Assembly: GCA_024704765.1 (NCBI GenBank)
Contig: JAKMXF010000044.1
Span: 62,001 to 126,000, forward strand
DNA from: Oopsacas minuta
Taxonomy: Eukaryota; Animalia; Porifera
DNA length: 64,000 nucleotides
Reading direction: 5' to 3'
Numbering within the stretch: position 1 is the stretch's first letter; every line of letters starts with the position of its first letter. Position numbers and translations under genes: made by a program. The notes beneath the pieces were generated by a model. The model did not search any database. It was not told the DNA's origin and was given only the letters and a program-made list of their open reading frames with translations. Positions 1 through 14,000 of this stretch are shown here, piece by piece.

Positions 1-248
1 ATAAGCAATTCTAAATTAACTGTTACTAACATTTTCAACAATATCGATATAAGTCCTTTTTTCAACATTTTCCCTTCTAAAACAATGTTCTCAGAAATGT
101 TCAGCAATAGATGCATGGAAACCAACAAGATTTGATCTTGGTTAGTAATTATAGAGTCCAGGGATTCGCGCTGTGAAAGTTTGGATCGATTATTTATAAA
201 TTCTATTTGCTCAGGTTCAACATCTGCAAAAAGAATTTGTTGAATTAT
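1..248 (-). CDS. KIFAP3: KAP3/KIFAP3-like kinesin-associated protein, downstream coding exon (continues beyond window start)
   Basis: Minus strand 248->1 is stop-free: IIQQILFADVEPEQ...IITNQDQILLVSMHLLLNISENIVLEGKMLKKGLISILLKMLVTVNLELL. This matches the KAP3 armadillo region (QEQLLRVALYLLLNLAED...DNFELL). It is preceded by an acceptor (ctaat branch-like motif...tgctttAG) in phase 0. It is missing from the ORF track because it has no start codon. Confidence 0.9.
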   Translation of the reverse strand, partial: MIQQILFADVEPEQIEFINNRSKLSQRESLDSIITNQDQILLVSMHLLLNISENIVLEGKMLKKGLISILLKMLVTVNLELL

Positions 249-899
249 CTAAAGCAGTACAAGAAATTAGAATACGACAATTGTTGAAAATATAGAAATT
301 GAATATCAAAATCTAGTGATGGGTACATACTAATTAGTGAGAAAGATAATATGTTTAAAGTGATAAAATTGCAGTATCTTTCACAAGCGTATCACTAAAA
401 GCATCATGCCAAAATTTTGATAATCTCATTAACAAATTAGATGCAATATTGTTGACATTGATATACTCTATATATCATCTAAATTTTATCGCGGCTCAAC
501 TTTCACTTTTAGTATACTATATTTCATTGTCTAAGGATGAAATTATATTTGGAATCATAACGCTGTCGATAACACAAATTAATTACTTAAAAACACATTA
601 TTTCGAATTAAACTTAAATAATTGGTATAATTCAAAATATTTATATAATTCAGTATATATTGCTTAGGGCATTCAAAAGGTTCCCATCCTTAATCTCTAC
701 CCCAAAGGTACTAGAGATAGCCTTATTTCACAGTCTCCCAAAATTTGATTAAAGTTTGTGCACCGATTGGATATTGGTTCGTTATTCTCTGATAATTTTT
801 GTAGCTAGTATCCTCGACTATGTGGCCACAGGTTTCTGTTAGATATAACTTATCAATAGAAACATGTAGACTCAAATTTTGGTTTATGAAAACATTTCT

Positions 900-3800
900 A
901 TGCCATCATCCATATTTCTTTGACAATTTGTATATGTTCTACTTCACCACAGAATGAACGAATAAGATTTTCTGTAAATTCTTATTTTATACTGGATAAT
1001 CATATTTCCAACTCAACGTGTAGAGAATTCTCTAATCAACTTATGTCCTTGCTCTAATCCTTCTTCTGAGATATTACATAAGCCAACAATATTATTTTTC
1101 TCAATGAATTGAAAAGTATGAGCCAAAAATTTATGCAGCGAATCGCTAACTGAAAACAAGGAAATTTTCCAAAATCAAGGTATAAGTATTTTGACTTCTG
1201 ATACGAAATCTTTCTACATTTACGCGCTCATTGCTATTAGCAATTTAAGCAACGGAGTTATGTTCATGTGAATCTAAGATAGGATACCTTTCTAAGATGA
1301 TGGTACATATGAAAACGCAATGGAAAGATCGTTTTTTAAAAAAGAATCCTGGCCATAATGCCAGTCCTTGCATTGCCACTTCCTCCGGGTTGATCGGAAG
1401 GTAAGTTTGTTACTTCATTAATACGATTGCAAAATCATGATCTATAGCTCGAACTGATTGATCTTTTGACCACTTAGATCTACTAGTAGCAATCCTGTAA
1501 ATAACATTCAAGAACCAAACTAAGATTCTAAGATAAGTAGGCAATGGAGCAGCTGGGCACAATATCGATGATGCTTGCAGGTTCGTGATTAATTCCACTT
1601 CTCTGAACAGATTTATAACTCAAAAGTTCTTTTCCCACTGAGGATAATTTTGACGATTTGTTTAATTAATTTCAACTATTGAGCAATCAGATGGAAAACC
1701 GCATACTACTTTTGCTAAGCAGTAAATATCGCTACGTTTTGATTTGCAGCAATACAGGAGAACAAGCCTTTCATGTCATCACTACAATGATTTTCCATCG
1801 AATATTGAGGTTATAATCGACATATTGACATTACCATTTGGGTATTAAAACCACTTTGGTGAAGTGAACTGATTTCAGAGTTGATAAAATTACACAATGC
1901 TATTATTGAATCACGATTCTCTTTTTGACAAATTCATACAACTGGTTGATTGGAAAGGCTCAATTGGATGTCGATTTTCCCAGGAACTTTTTCAAATCGA
2001 TCCGAAACATAAAATGGTGACACCATAAAATTATGTGCGATGAAAGGTCAATATTCAGGTTAGAAAGTAGGTTGGAGATAGAATGATTTCTAGAACTATT
2101 TTTTAGATAAATCAAATGTTTGTACAATAGAGTTTCTGAATGAGCTAATTTGTTCCAAAGTAGACAGGTTTAAACTTTCAAATTTAAATACTGCTTCACC
2201 TCTGTCAATTTGTCTCTTGCTAGTTTAAGATGATAAGCTATGAAAGTAGACTTTACAGGGGAAACCTCTTACATACATATCAAATTCTTCTCCAGAATAA
2301 AATTTCCAGGCAATTGTTGAATATTTTCAATACTATTCTTCAATTTCTTCAATTGCTACAGTATACAAGAGCAATGCAATACAGGGTGTAACAAAATTGA
2401 TACCCTATTGTTAACAATTAATTATTTACAAAACACAGCCACATTAAGTATCTACGAATATATACTATTTGCTATATCTATGTTAATTCTATTCATAACT
2501 AATGATATTTTATTATATTGCAAAGTATGACTCACATTTAACCACAAATATACTAACTCATAGTTTCATATTTATTAGCTAATTTTGCGATGGTGAAAGA
2601 GCATGCTATTCGAACAAGACACATAGCTATTGGCATGTTATTAGGTGGAAAAACTCAAAGAAACGTGGCCATTGAATTTGGTGCAGATATTCGTACAATA
2701 CGTAGGTGGTGGGCTAGTTATACACTAGGGAAGTCTCTGAAGAATCTGCCTGGGCGGGACGCAAGGATTCCATACCTAGAGTTGCAAAAATTGTAATATC
2801 CAAGTCTGTTTCTAAAAGGCAACAATCTGCAAGGAAATTATCCAAAAGGCTAAAGGTAAAAGGGATCTCAATCTCACATATTAGCGTTCATCGATACTTA
2901 ACAAACGTGATTGGGGCAAAAGTTTTAAAAGACCTGTAAAACCTCGACTAACTGATAAACAGAAAGCTAACCGAGTTTCCTTTTGTAAAGAGAGAAAATA
3001 TTGGACTGTAGATGACTGGAGACGTATACTTTTCTCTGATGAGTCTCCATTTGAAATATTTCACACACCAAACAGACAAAATGACCGAATTTGGGCAAAA
3101 ATATAATCTCACATTGATACCTCAAGGAAAGATAAAATTTCCCTCCAAATTGCACGTATGGGGTATGATGTCCTATTGTGCACTCTCGGACCTTCACATT
3201 ATACCAGTTGGCTCCGCTGTTACCGCTAAATATTATGTTGAGGAAATCCTGACAAAATCTCTTTTGCCTTCTCTCAAAAGAAAACGGAAAACTGGATCAA
3301 TCTTGGTACGACAACTTCTCCCAAACATGTCCAATTATATTTTCCAACAGGATGGAGCTCAGCACATCATGCAAAAGTAACACAGGAATGGTGCAAATTA
3401 AATCTACAATCGTTTTGGCAGAAGGGTATCTGGCCTGGGAACTCCCCTGACTTAAACCCGATTGAAAATCTTTGGGCGATATTAAAAAGCAGGGTCGATG
3501 AGATGGAAATGTGTACGAACATTGAAATGCTTGAAAAAACTGTAAAATTGGCATGGTCAGAAATTTCACCAGAAATATTGGACAATCTTATAAGTAGCAT
3601 GCCGAAAAGAATACAAAAGTGTTTGGAATTATCTGGAGCTTATATAGGAAAGTAATTAACATTGTGTATTAATGTACAACACCAAATATATATCTACAAA
3701 GTATAGGGCATCGATTTTGTTACACTCTGTATCTGAATAACTGAAATATTTCATGTGATGCTAAATGGTGGATAGAACTTGATATCCCAATCTAATCCAA

Positions 3801-4130
3801 ATGATTCCTTCGATCTGATTTAAAGTTCATCTGTCCGCTTTTCCCTCTCAATATCTGGTTTGACTTTGAATTCAAGATCACAAAACGAGTTTGCTTACAG
3901 GTAAATTGAGCCTCCACATACTCTATGGAATATAAAGACCCCAACGCTCGCCGTCTTGTTTATCTACTGACTTTTTACTTTTCTTGAAGATATTAGAAAT
4001 TGTATGAGCCAGAGTATACAGAAGGTTTCAATTCTTCTCCGAGATTGAGAACTGTAAATATTTCTTTGACTATTAGATTGATAATATAGTCAATTTTTCG
4101 AATATGAAAGCAAAGACAAGACAGTTTTAG
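900..4130 (-). pseudogene. Degenerate Transib/RAG1-core-like transposase (copy 1), interrupted by a Tc1 element
   Basis: Collinear fragments on the minus strand: HLKLARDKLTEVKQYL, WENRHP..QKEN, SIFDGK, YLRILVWFL..IYRI, DQPGGSGN..G.MARILF, SLHKFLAH..NISEEGLEQGHKLIREF. There are many stops and frameshifts. Ends are approximate. Confidence 0.75.
2382..3729 (+). mobile_element. Tc1-family transposon with DD37E spacing, decayed
   Basis: TIRs CAG(G/A)GTGTAACAAAAT.GAT.CCCTAT with TA on both flanks. Motifs are FSDES, FQQDGA and WPGNSPDLNPIE, with 37 residues between D2 and E after one frameshift correction. Confidence 0.9.
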
Positions 4131-4186
4131 GAAAAAATAATGGATCAACCATTACTAAATGATAAGGTCATACGTAAAATATATTA

Positions 4187-5511
4187 CGAGGGTAGTTCAA
4201 AAAGTTTTTGGAATCTATATGAAGGAATAGTAAAAAATGGATTATTTTTTTATAGTTTCTCGAAGTATATACCAGATGATTGTATGCATAAATCCATCCT
4301 TCTAAACCAACTTTCAAAACAATTTTCCCAGTCTTCTTTCGTTAGGTATGGAGGGCCTCATTATAAGTCAGTCTTGCCTCTTCTGTACTATTGAAATGAA
4401 CCCCTTTGTTCTTCTTTTTTAGTTTAGGGAAGAGAAAGAAGTCGCATGGCGCCAAATCTGGGGAATATGCTGGATGGGGTATCAATTTTATACCATTTTC
4501 TGCAAAGAAATCCATTGTCAAAGCTGCCTTGTGTGCACTTGCATTGTGATGGTTCCATTGAAGTGAGGTGAGGTAGGCTTTAGGATGTAAAATGCTCCAC
4601 TTTTCTATCACCTGAGGCATGCAAATGTTGACATACCAACTCGCAGTTACGGTATTTTGCTCTACAAGGGGAATAGTAACAACATGTCCCTTTTAGAGAT
4701 GAAACTGGCGACCATTTGCTTGTTTCCACTTCTTGCAGGTCTTAGTATTTGACGGGGATCATCAACTGGAAAAGCCAAACTGAGGATTGTTGCATCGTCT
4801 CTGAGTCATATTGGTAAATCCAAGTCTCATATCCCGAAATTAATGTATTCAATAGCTTTGAACATCCATGATCGAATTTTTTGATGATAAATTTGTACCA
4901 ATCCACTCGAGTTGTCATTTGTTCTTCAAAGGTTTTGGTGGAATCTAACGTGCAGCCACTTTCCTCACCAAGAGATGCTCATGAAGTATGGTATGGAGGC
5001 TTCCTCTGCTGATGTCTAATTGACTCATCATTTCGTCTATTATGATTCGATGCTCATTTTTGATTATTCTCTTAACTTTCTGGATATTTTCTGGGTTAAC
5101 CGCATCTGCAGGACGTCCTGATCCCATCTCATCACTTAGAGTCTTTCATCCACAGTTAAGTTCACCGTACCAGTTGTACACTGTAGCCAAAGATGGTGAT
5201 TATTCTCCAAATGTGTCCTGAAGTTGAATATGTGATTCTTTAGGACTGAGTTTTCTCATAAAGTCATAAAAAATTATTGTGCGAAAGTCCCTCCTTTCCA
5301 AATGTAAATCCATGAGAAATAATTAGGTACGAATTTAAAATTAGAGCCAAGTGCTGACTATATAAGTAGCTGTCAAAAAAAGTAATAAAAGAGAAAAAGC
5401 TTAGATATTTAAACTAGAGTAGTTATAAATAGTGTACTATAGATATAAGACGTGTGGCGTGCAAGAAATGAGGTTACAGCATTTATTCTAAATATTGTTG
5501 GACGACCCTCG
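4187..5511 (-). mobile_element. mariner-family transposon, decayed
   Basis: Imperfect TIRs CGAGGGT.GT.CAA with TA flanks. Transposase runs ~5313->4251 and includes HPAYSPDLAPCDFFLFPKLK and a C-terminal G.YFEKL. Confidence 0.88.
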
Positions 5512-6024
5512 TATCTAACTAGGTAGGTAAAGATTATGTTAATATTTAAGGAGAATTTAACCTTATTTAATGCTGCGGTGACTTCATTAATATGTATTCG
5601 TAATCATAGGAATGCAAATACATGAATAGAATTTAAGGAATTTTTGCAGTTGCGCAATGAAGGGGAAAATGTGAAATTTCAGATTGATGTATACAAAGGT
5701 TGCAAAGGCTACGTATCAATATTTTAGGGTGGTAATCGGTGGTAATTGATTTTGTGGTTGCGATGAAGGAAACATTATTTCATAAAAATATATTTCGTAA
5801 CCTTAATCTGTACCAAACATCTAATCTGATATTCACAATAACCTAAAAATGGCTGGTGCATATAATTTCCTACTGCAATTATTACCTAAATTCAATGTGA
5901 AATTATTAGAGAATTACTTAACGAAATGATATGAAACTTCATATATTGTTTATTCAATAAATGGATATATTATTTCACGAGTTAATTAAACTAATCGTTT
6001 GTAGGAAATTTTGCCTAATACACG

Positions 6025-6800
6025 CTAGTAATGCACTGTACATGCGGGCTTCGCTTGCTATGTCGCTCAGCGACGGACAGAAGCATCCTTGAGCTTTGTC
6101 CCTAGTTTTAGCATAGGTGTGAAACAACTACGTATTCAGTGCTTTGGGAAACTAAGCTATAAAAGAGAATGGGTTCTTGAATAGAGGCAAAATTTCAGAA
6201 ATAACAATTTTTCACTGTCCAGGTACTGCAAATAGTTTTCAGTGTATAGAATTTGCATAGACGTCCATCCGAACGAGAAAAATTTGTTAGCAATAATGTG
6301 TCCCTCAAAGTTAAGTTGTTATGGAAACTAAATTGTATTACCTATGGTCCATATAAATTCCAATAATGGCCTTTCATCGTAATACTGGAGCTGCTATACT
6401 GCTTTTGATTTGTAATCTGTGCTATTCGGGCTACGAGTATTATAAAACATTGAAATCTATCGAAATTTGGAAAATTATGTCATTTTTAGAGTTATGATGA
6501 CGTAATATTTCCATGAGAGTTTGCATTTGGTCCAAATCATGACTTTAGAAAATTTGGTACATTGAGGGATAACTGTGATTCAAATTTCAAACCTCTATTA
6601 TGTATATTGGCCGAGCAGTGATTACTAATGTGATTTTTCGAAAATCCAAAAAGGTGAAATGAAGTCATAATTTCATCATAGGTTTGAATTTTTCATCCAA
6701 GACTCGAACTTCTCCTGGCCAGCCCCAAAATACCCCTGTAAGGCAAAAATCAGCCCTGGGGTCTTCCAGTTTCTTATATCAATTCTGGTCAAACAACAAA
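6025..6800 (-). repeat. Non-coding repeat family H1, copy A (Helitron/HINE-like)
   Basis: 6540-6790 is the reverse complement of 16310-16545. It ends in a GC-rich motif followed by CTAG at 6028->6025. Confidence 0.55.
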
Positions 6801-6916
6801 TATGTATATATGTAAAACATAGAATACTATATAATACAGATAAGAAAGCAGCCGACCAACGAATATGAAGGAGAGGTCATTTCTGTTTTTGACATAATAT
6901 CCGGTAATATATACTA

Positions 6917-8236
6917 CGGGTGTTCAATAAGTTCTAATCACTATCCCCAAAAGTAACCAATTGTATGTTGTAAACAAATTATCAGTGTTTAATTTTTCGA
7001 AATACTCCCCACGTTATTTATACAGCGTTGAAGACGCTCCAACCATTGTACAAAATATTTTATAGTCTTCAGCGGGATCCGTTTAAATACTGGAAAATCG
7101 CCGATCCCAGTTCTGCGCTGTTGCTAAAATGACAACCAGAAAAGTATTCCTTAAGCTTAGGAAAGCGATATAAACCACAAGGAGGTAAATCCGGGTTGTA
7201 AGGGGGATGTCCAAGCTCAATCATCCCCATCCTTAAGATTTTGTCATGACTTGCTTGGTTTTGTGAGGACGGGCATTATCATGTAATAATCTCAACCCAT
7301 TAGCACCAGTCCTTTCTCTCCTCTTCAACAAGCTTTCTTCGACTTCACCAAGACAATTACGAGTGCGAGAAGCTTCCAGTGCAGTTTGTCCCTTTGGAAC
7401 TATCACCTGGGCCACTGGGTCATGTGCATCTACAAATATGCAATACATGATCCTCGATGATCTGAAATCTGGACGCGATATTATCGGAGGGTCCGAGTGC
7501 TTTCCTATCCACATCTTATTTGCTTGTTTGGAAAAGGTGTGTTATACTGAACCCATGTTTCATCACCAGTCACTATCTCAAATAATCTTCGCGGGTCGCA
7601 TTCTTTGTAGGATTCAGGAGATTACAACAATAGCTCACCCTTGTCTCTTTCTGGGCCTTTGTGAGTAATGTGGGACCCATCTGGCACAGACCTTCATCAA
7701 CTTTAGCTGTGTTCTTAAAATGTGGTCTACACTCTCCATCGAGATGCCAACACTATTAGAAAGTTCCCCGACAGTTATATGTTGGTTTAGGTCTATCAGT
7801 TTCTTGATAATGCACGATTTAATGAGAGATGCAGCCGTAATTGGTGCTCCAGGCCGAGGGTCATCTTCGATAGACTTTCTTCCCAGCCTGAAACGCAGAG
7901 CCTATCTTCTGACCTCTGCATCAGACAGAACACCTTTGTAGTATAGACTTGAACCAAATCAAGATGTATCTCGTGCGCAGATTTCTCGAGGAGAGTACGA
8001 AACTTGACATAAGCTCTTTGCTCGATTTTAGAATTCTTGCCAAGTCATGTCATAAGGTAGAGTATAAAAACACCTGTTGTAAAATTTTATATAACTTGTT
8101 GAGTTTTTAAGCGATAATGAAAAAATCAATATTAGCTTGTAGACAGAAGGTTAAATATTCATATTAAAATATTAATATATTATAGATGTGTATAAATCCC
8201 CACAGTAATATAGTGATCAGAATTTATTGAACGTCG
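6917..8236 (-). mobile_element. mariner-family transposon, decayed
   Basis: TIRs CG..(T)GTTCAATAA.TTCT.ATCACTAT with TA flanks. Motifs are LLHDNARPH, a frameshifted PDLPPC and EYFEKL. Confidence 0.87.
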
Positions 8237-8349
8237 TAATAGTATTGTAAATCCATTAGTATGATTTATGAGATTCTCTTAACTGCGATTTATGCGCCAT
8301 TAATGATGATGTCAGCAACAACTAATATAATACGTGTATACATTATACA

Positions 8350-10450
8350 ACCATAATAACTTAATGAAGCATAATCTATTATAATGATAACTATCACAAA
8401 CAATCAGTTGATCGTAAACAATACCAGAATCCAATTCAACTAAGAACTAAGCAGATAGGTGGAGCAATACATGATCAGTGGAACATTAGTTGCTAATATC
8501 TGAGATTCAAACAATTCGAGGATATAAAATTTAGATTCTTTATATTGGTCAAGAACTTCTCTTGGCAACTGGAGCCCTCCTCTATCAAGAATCTCAATAG
8601 AAGAACTATTAACCTTATCGTTCTGAAGTAGGTCAAAACAAACATGACAGTTGGGACGTTATATGAGCGAATGAGAGATATACCCTGCTATATAAGCAAC
8701 GATATGTTTAAAGTTATATGATGAAGAAAGTATGTCAATAGAATCAGTCTGTAATGTGATAAAATAATTCGAAATTAGGCTGACTATTTCATCAATTTTA
8801 GATACGATCTGAATTGATGTGAAATCTTCCGGTTAATACGTAAAAAGCATTCTCTAATTAAATCCTTTAATAAATCAGCAATAGCTAAATTTGTAGTTTA
8901 TTATGGTCCAAAGGTTTGTTTAGTGAGACAAAGATTTTTCGAAAGTATTCATGTTGATAACCAATTCTACTTTTCCAGAATCAAGGTATTTGTATTTTAT
9001 GTGTATTTGGACTGATAGCATTCCAAATTGATGCGGATGATAAAGTTCTTTTGAATTAACAAACAACCACAACGTGATTATAAGCTCGAGGCTGGAATTA
9101 CAATATCTTCATCCTTTAGATATTCAAGCATCGCAGCACGCACCTGAGGTTGTATCACCAAAAATAGCTAGAGCTAGTGGAACAGATTGTTTGCTATTTC
9201 CTGGATGAAGTGCTTTGGAATTCAAAGATTGTGCTTTTCGAAGATAATTGAGAGAGTGCTCTGCGTCATGAACTAAGTTTGGCTATGCCAAAATACATTC
9301 CATACAGGGACCATAAGTTTAAATTCTAATTGTAGTTGTGGAATTTGAACGAACAGAAAACCAATAAGATTGTTGAGGATGTTTTTGATTAAGTGGACTG
9401 TATCCAAAAACAAATAAACAAGTAGAAAAGTCATTGGATTGATGATGCAGCATTTCTTTTCAGGGATTGGATAAGTATTCATTAAGTTTAGAACGAAAAA
9501 ATATTGGTACGATGAGTATCAGAAATAACTGCGCTAGGTTGAAATTTCATTGGGTAAATTTTCCAAACAATTCAGGATACCATTACTTACAATTTTGGAC
9601 TACAGTGTAGTTATTGGAATAGCTAAAATGATAAAGGGAATATTATTATTAGAGACATCGCCATAAAACAGGGTATGCTCTTGTACATTTGGAGGTCTTC
9701 GTAACAACCAATAAGAGTTTGTACGTCGAATTGTATGTTACTATAGGTGCATTTCATAAGAAGAAAAATTACGACATCATATCCAAAATAACCACCTTCA
9801 GGAAATTTAGACAAAGCTTTTATATTGTTAATAGAGTCGGATTTTGAACAACAGCCTCTTGCTAGGAAACGGCAAGTATTGATTGAATATCATAATTGTG
9901 AGTGATATTTGCACAAAAGTTGGGTAAATTTGGCAACATATCCTTGTTACGAATTTTAGAACCTTTGATTTCGATATATAATCTGGAAGAGGGATAGGGA
10001 ATCCTTCAAAGCTAACCTTCAAGTGCAAATCAGAACTGATATTGATACACTTCATAATTGTAGCTACACCTAAATGTATTTCAACCCTGTAAATAGTAAG
10101 ATCTGCCTCAGTAGAATAATCAAAAAAGTCTCGATCCTTGATCGCTGATCTATGTAGTATAAGACTTCATATAAACTTTCGCATGTTGCTCGAGCTTGCA
10201 AAAGGGGGTTTCATATTTTTGAAAAATTTATACAGTATTTTTTTACGAATAAGTGGATAGATAAATGCCTGCAGGCTTTTAGGGATGGAAGAAGGGGATA
10301 TTGTTGGGATAAGGTTGAGTTTTATATTTAGCATCATCTGTAATGGATGGGGAATGATATATTCCTCTTCAAAATGTTCGACGCATATCCGTGAATACTG
10401 ATAAACGTGAATGATATATTCGTTGGCCCACTGCTTCCCCATCTGTATTA
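8350..10450 (-). pseudogene. THAP-domain P-element-like transposase relic (P1)
   Basis: THAP tail SRICVEHFEEEY..IPTI near 10300-10400, then DEMHL, DTVHLIKNILNNL, YVLTGRF and AYIAGY..C..C..LDRGGL in the expected order. Termini were not found. Confidence 0.78.
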
Positions 10451-11074
10451 TATAGTAGTCTATTGTACTGATTAATTGCGTTATAATAATGTAGATGAGA
10501 GAATTAACAAGGAAATTTGGAGACCACGGTGGGTAATCAAGGAATATATGGCATTTAGTGGGCCAAAATGTGTAAAACAAAACTCAAATAGCCTAGCGGC
10601 TGCAACCAGGTCGTCGCTCCATAGTGTCGTGACAAAATTTGAGAATGTCATGTTCCACATTCCTGAAACATTATCCAGTTGATCGTATAAAGTAACCCCA
10701 AATAGATTCCAGTGACTCCACAAACGGCGTGGTACTTTCTGTAATGACATAAAAATTTGATTTGGTTTAAACTGAAGGCGTTATATGAATGTTAATGTCT
10801 TTAAATGTGTCAAAAAGTTGCAAAATGCAGCAAGGAGTGATATTTTTAAAAATGGTTGTTGTAATATGTATGTATTTCAGAGTTAAGCCCAAATTTTGCT
10901 ACATTGACTGGACAAAGTATGAGAGCGATTTACAATCTCTGTAAATACGTAAATCTCTGAATAATCATACTTATGGGTTAAAGTGCATCTGTTGCCGCTT
11001 TCGACTAAAACCAAACGTCGTTTACTACTTTTACGGTATATAGACTGTATTGTCCGCATCATCATATATTCAAC

Positions 11075-14000
11075 ATGACATGCCTAGTACATGGCTGTAA
11101 TTCGAACTAGAGTAGAACTTCACAAAGTGGGGTGTGCAATTGGTGTGTTCAGTAAACTACAGCTAAATGTACCTCCCAAAGTGGGGTGTGGGGTGCGCCT
11201 GCTGAAATTTTGAACAATATTGTGTACAAATTTACATTTTTTATTCCCAAAGTGGGGTATCCAAAGTGGGGTACTTCCCAAAGCGGGGTACCTAAGTGGG
11301 GTGAATATATATCATAAAATATCACTACTATGTGCAAAAGTAATTCAATACTAGGATTGTATCCTTCCTACACCACTTAATTTACATTATTCTCCTTCAA
11401 CAGATAAACGTCAATTGATGGTTGAATCAGATTAGCCTGTACCCTTTCCAGGATTTTGTCTTGAACTGAGATAACCCATGCTACTTCATCATCCATTCCT
11501 TTGTGTTCAAAATACTTTTCGAGTTCAGATAAACGCAACATGGCTTCTTTTGTACTTATTGGAAGACTACCTAGTTATAGGCCTACCTGTTCTTCATTTG
11601 TTTCAATTTCAGGTTTAGCACCACTGTCATCTTGTTTTCGGCATTTCCAACTTGATTTTCTTTAGCATCGAACAACTCAATCATTTCTAGAACTTGATCA
11701 GCATCTACAACTGCAGGTAGACCAGCTATTAAAACTTCTTGATCAAGGATATCCTGCTCATCATGATTTACAACATCTGAAATTAGATCTGCAATGATTT
11801 CATTATCTAATTCAAAGCGGAAACTAGCTTTCTCAAAACAACGAGAACAGTGGATGTATTGTGTAAAGAGTTCCAAACACATTCACGCAACATATCGACG
11901 CCTTCCATGGGATGTCTATCGATGAAAATCATCTTAGACATGTGTTCATGGAAGTATTTACGATATCTAATTTTCAAAGCGTCACCGATCCCTTGATCGA
12001 CAGGTTGTAACAGAGATGTACAATTCGGTGGTAACCATTCAACACGAACATGAGTTAGATATTCCTTTGCTAATTCGAATCCACATTCATGACCGGAAAA
12101 ATTATCAAGAAAGAGCAAGACATTCCATTTCTGTGTTTCAATTGTTGTATTTAAATATAAAAGCCACTCCTTGAAAATAGTAGAATTCATCCATCCATTG
12201 GGAATCGCTTTCCATTGCATGCATACCGGGATTTATTAGTGTCGTAGTGAATTCTAGAGAATGCTCTTGGTTTTAAATACTGATTAATAACAATCATTTG
12301 CTTCATATGTCCACCAATACCTTGGAGAGCTCTACTTACAATTCTATTACGGCTTCGGAACCTTCTAACCAGCCATTAGAGACACTAAAACCATCTGAAT
12401 TGGGCAGCTTCTTCGAAATCATTATGGCAATATTTTGTATAATTGGACCAGTTACAATAGCATTTAAATCTCGGGCTCTCACGATATACTCAACAAGTTT
12501 GTCATCCAGATCAATAGTCTTAACCTTGACTATACGCCTTCATTCCGTACCTTTGCGAGGAGCACTATCTAGAGTTTCAAAATTAATGGCTACCCATCAT
12601 TCCTTTTCCTTAACAATCCTAGACACAGTACCTTTGGAGGCCTTGTACTTTTTTACAGCATCTAACTGGGTCATTCCTTGGATAGATCCTGTACAATTTC
12701 GACCTTCCTCTTTAAACTTAGTTGAGTTTTATGAACAATAGCCATAAATCACATAAAATCTAGAACAACACTAATGAAAGTTTTAAAAATTATTGTCAGA
12801 AGTGGGGTATTTCCCAAAGTGGGTGCAAAATTTGGCAGTGCTTCCCAGATACCCCACTTAGGGAGGTTCCACTGTATCACAGTCAAGGTGATTCACACGT
12901 GCCTACTTCTTCCTTTTCTACTGATGTTGAAACTCGTGGAAAGTGGTTTCGAGGGATTCCCCGACCGAAAGGAGACTATTGGGAGAATAAACGATTGTGG
13001 TAAGTTGTCATAAATTTTGTCTGTGATATAGCATAATTATTTCTCTCTTTATATGTCTATATACATCATTTCGGCAAAGAAGATATCGATAGGGATATTG
13101 AGTATAATAGCGGAGTTGAGATTATCAAGATGCCCATGAAAAACCTTGTTCTTAAGAAATTTGCAGTTCCTAATATCTTTCCAAATTGTCGAACATATCT
13201 CACAGACGCTGTTACAAAACCCAAATGCTATCTCTAGACGATTAAGAGGAGAAGAGGATGCAGGATATATAGAAGAAAAGTCGAGTAGAATTCAAGAGAC
13301 CGAAACTAATTTCGTGATTTCGAGTCTTAGTTGCATTATTCTAAGTTACACATGATCGAACTCAAAACGATTCGCTTTTCCATAGCCATGATTCTTCTAT
13401 CATAAATTTCTAAAGATTAGTTTTGTAACGAAGTTCTACTATCGAACGATATATATTTGTCGATGAAAGTGTATTTTGTAAGTCTCTTTATAAGGAAAAG
13501 AACAAAATTCAGCTCTCGTCTTCCCCAATCAATAATATCAGGTTATTAGAAAAACATTATACATGAAGTTGATGTAATTGAAATTTTTCCAAGTGCTAAT
13601 ATAAATACCTCTGCAACATCTCTGATACGACATGTGGAGAACTCTATTCATAGTCTTGCTCAGACCACACTGATTTCAAGTTGTATTTCGAAATCGCTGA
13701 GGCTTCTTTACAAATGCGTCTTACTTTTTTGCTCGATCAGTTGAAATATCTAATCATTGGTGAACAAGCTTGACGTTATAACATCATCACCCAGGTCTTT
13801 TGTTTCAAAATTCACGGCATTTTTCCAGCTTGTTACCGTCTCATTCAGGGCTCTAATTGCTTAACTTTTCTTCATGAGCGTATCTGTTGAAAGTAAAAAC
13901 TAGTTGGGCTTAGAGAGTGATAATACAAGAATACCACTATATTCAATGATTTAGAACGCCATGTTATTCCTCAAATGGATGAGGTACATATCCCTGGTAA

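Noticed and set aside
449-667. Short AT-rich ORFs such as this one (also 15745-15963, 17553-17756, 53731-53919)
   Set aside because: Low-complexity I/Y/L/F-rich translations typical of non-coding AT-rich DNA.
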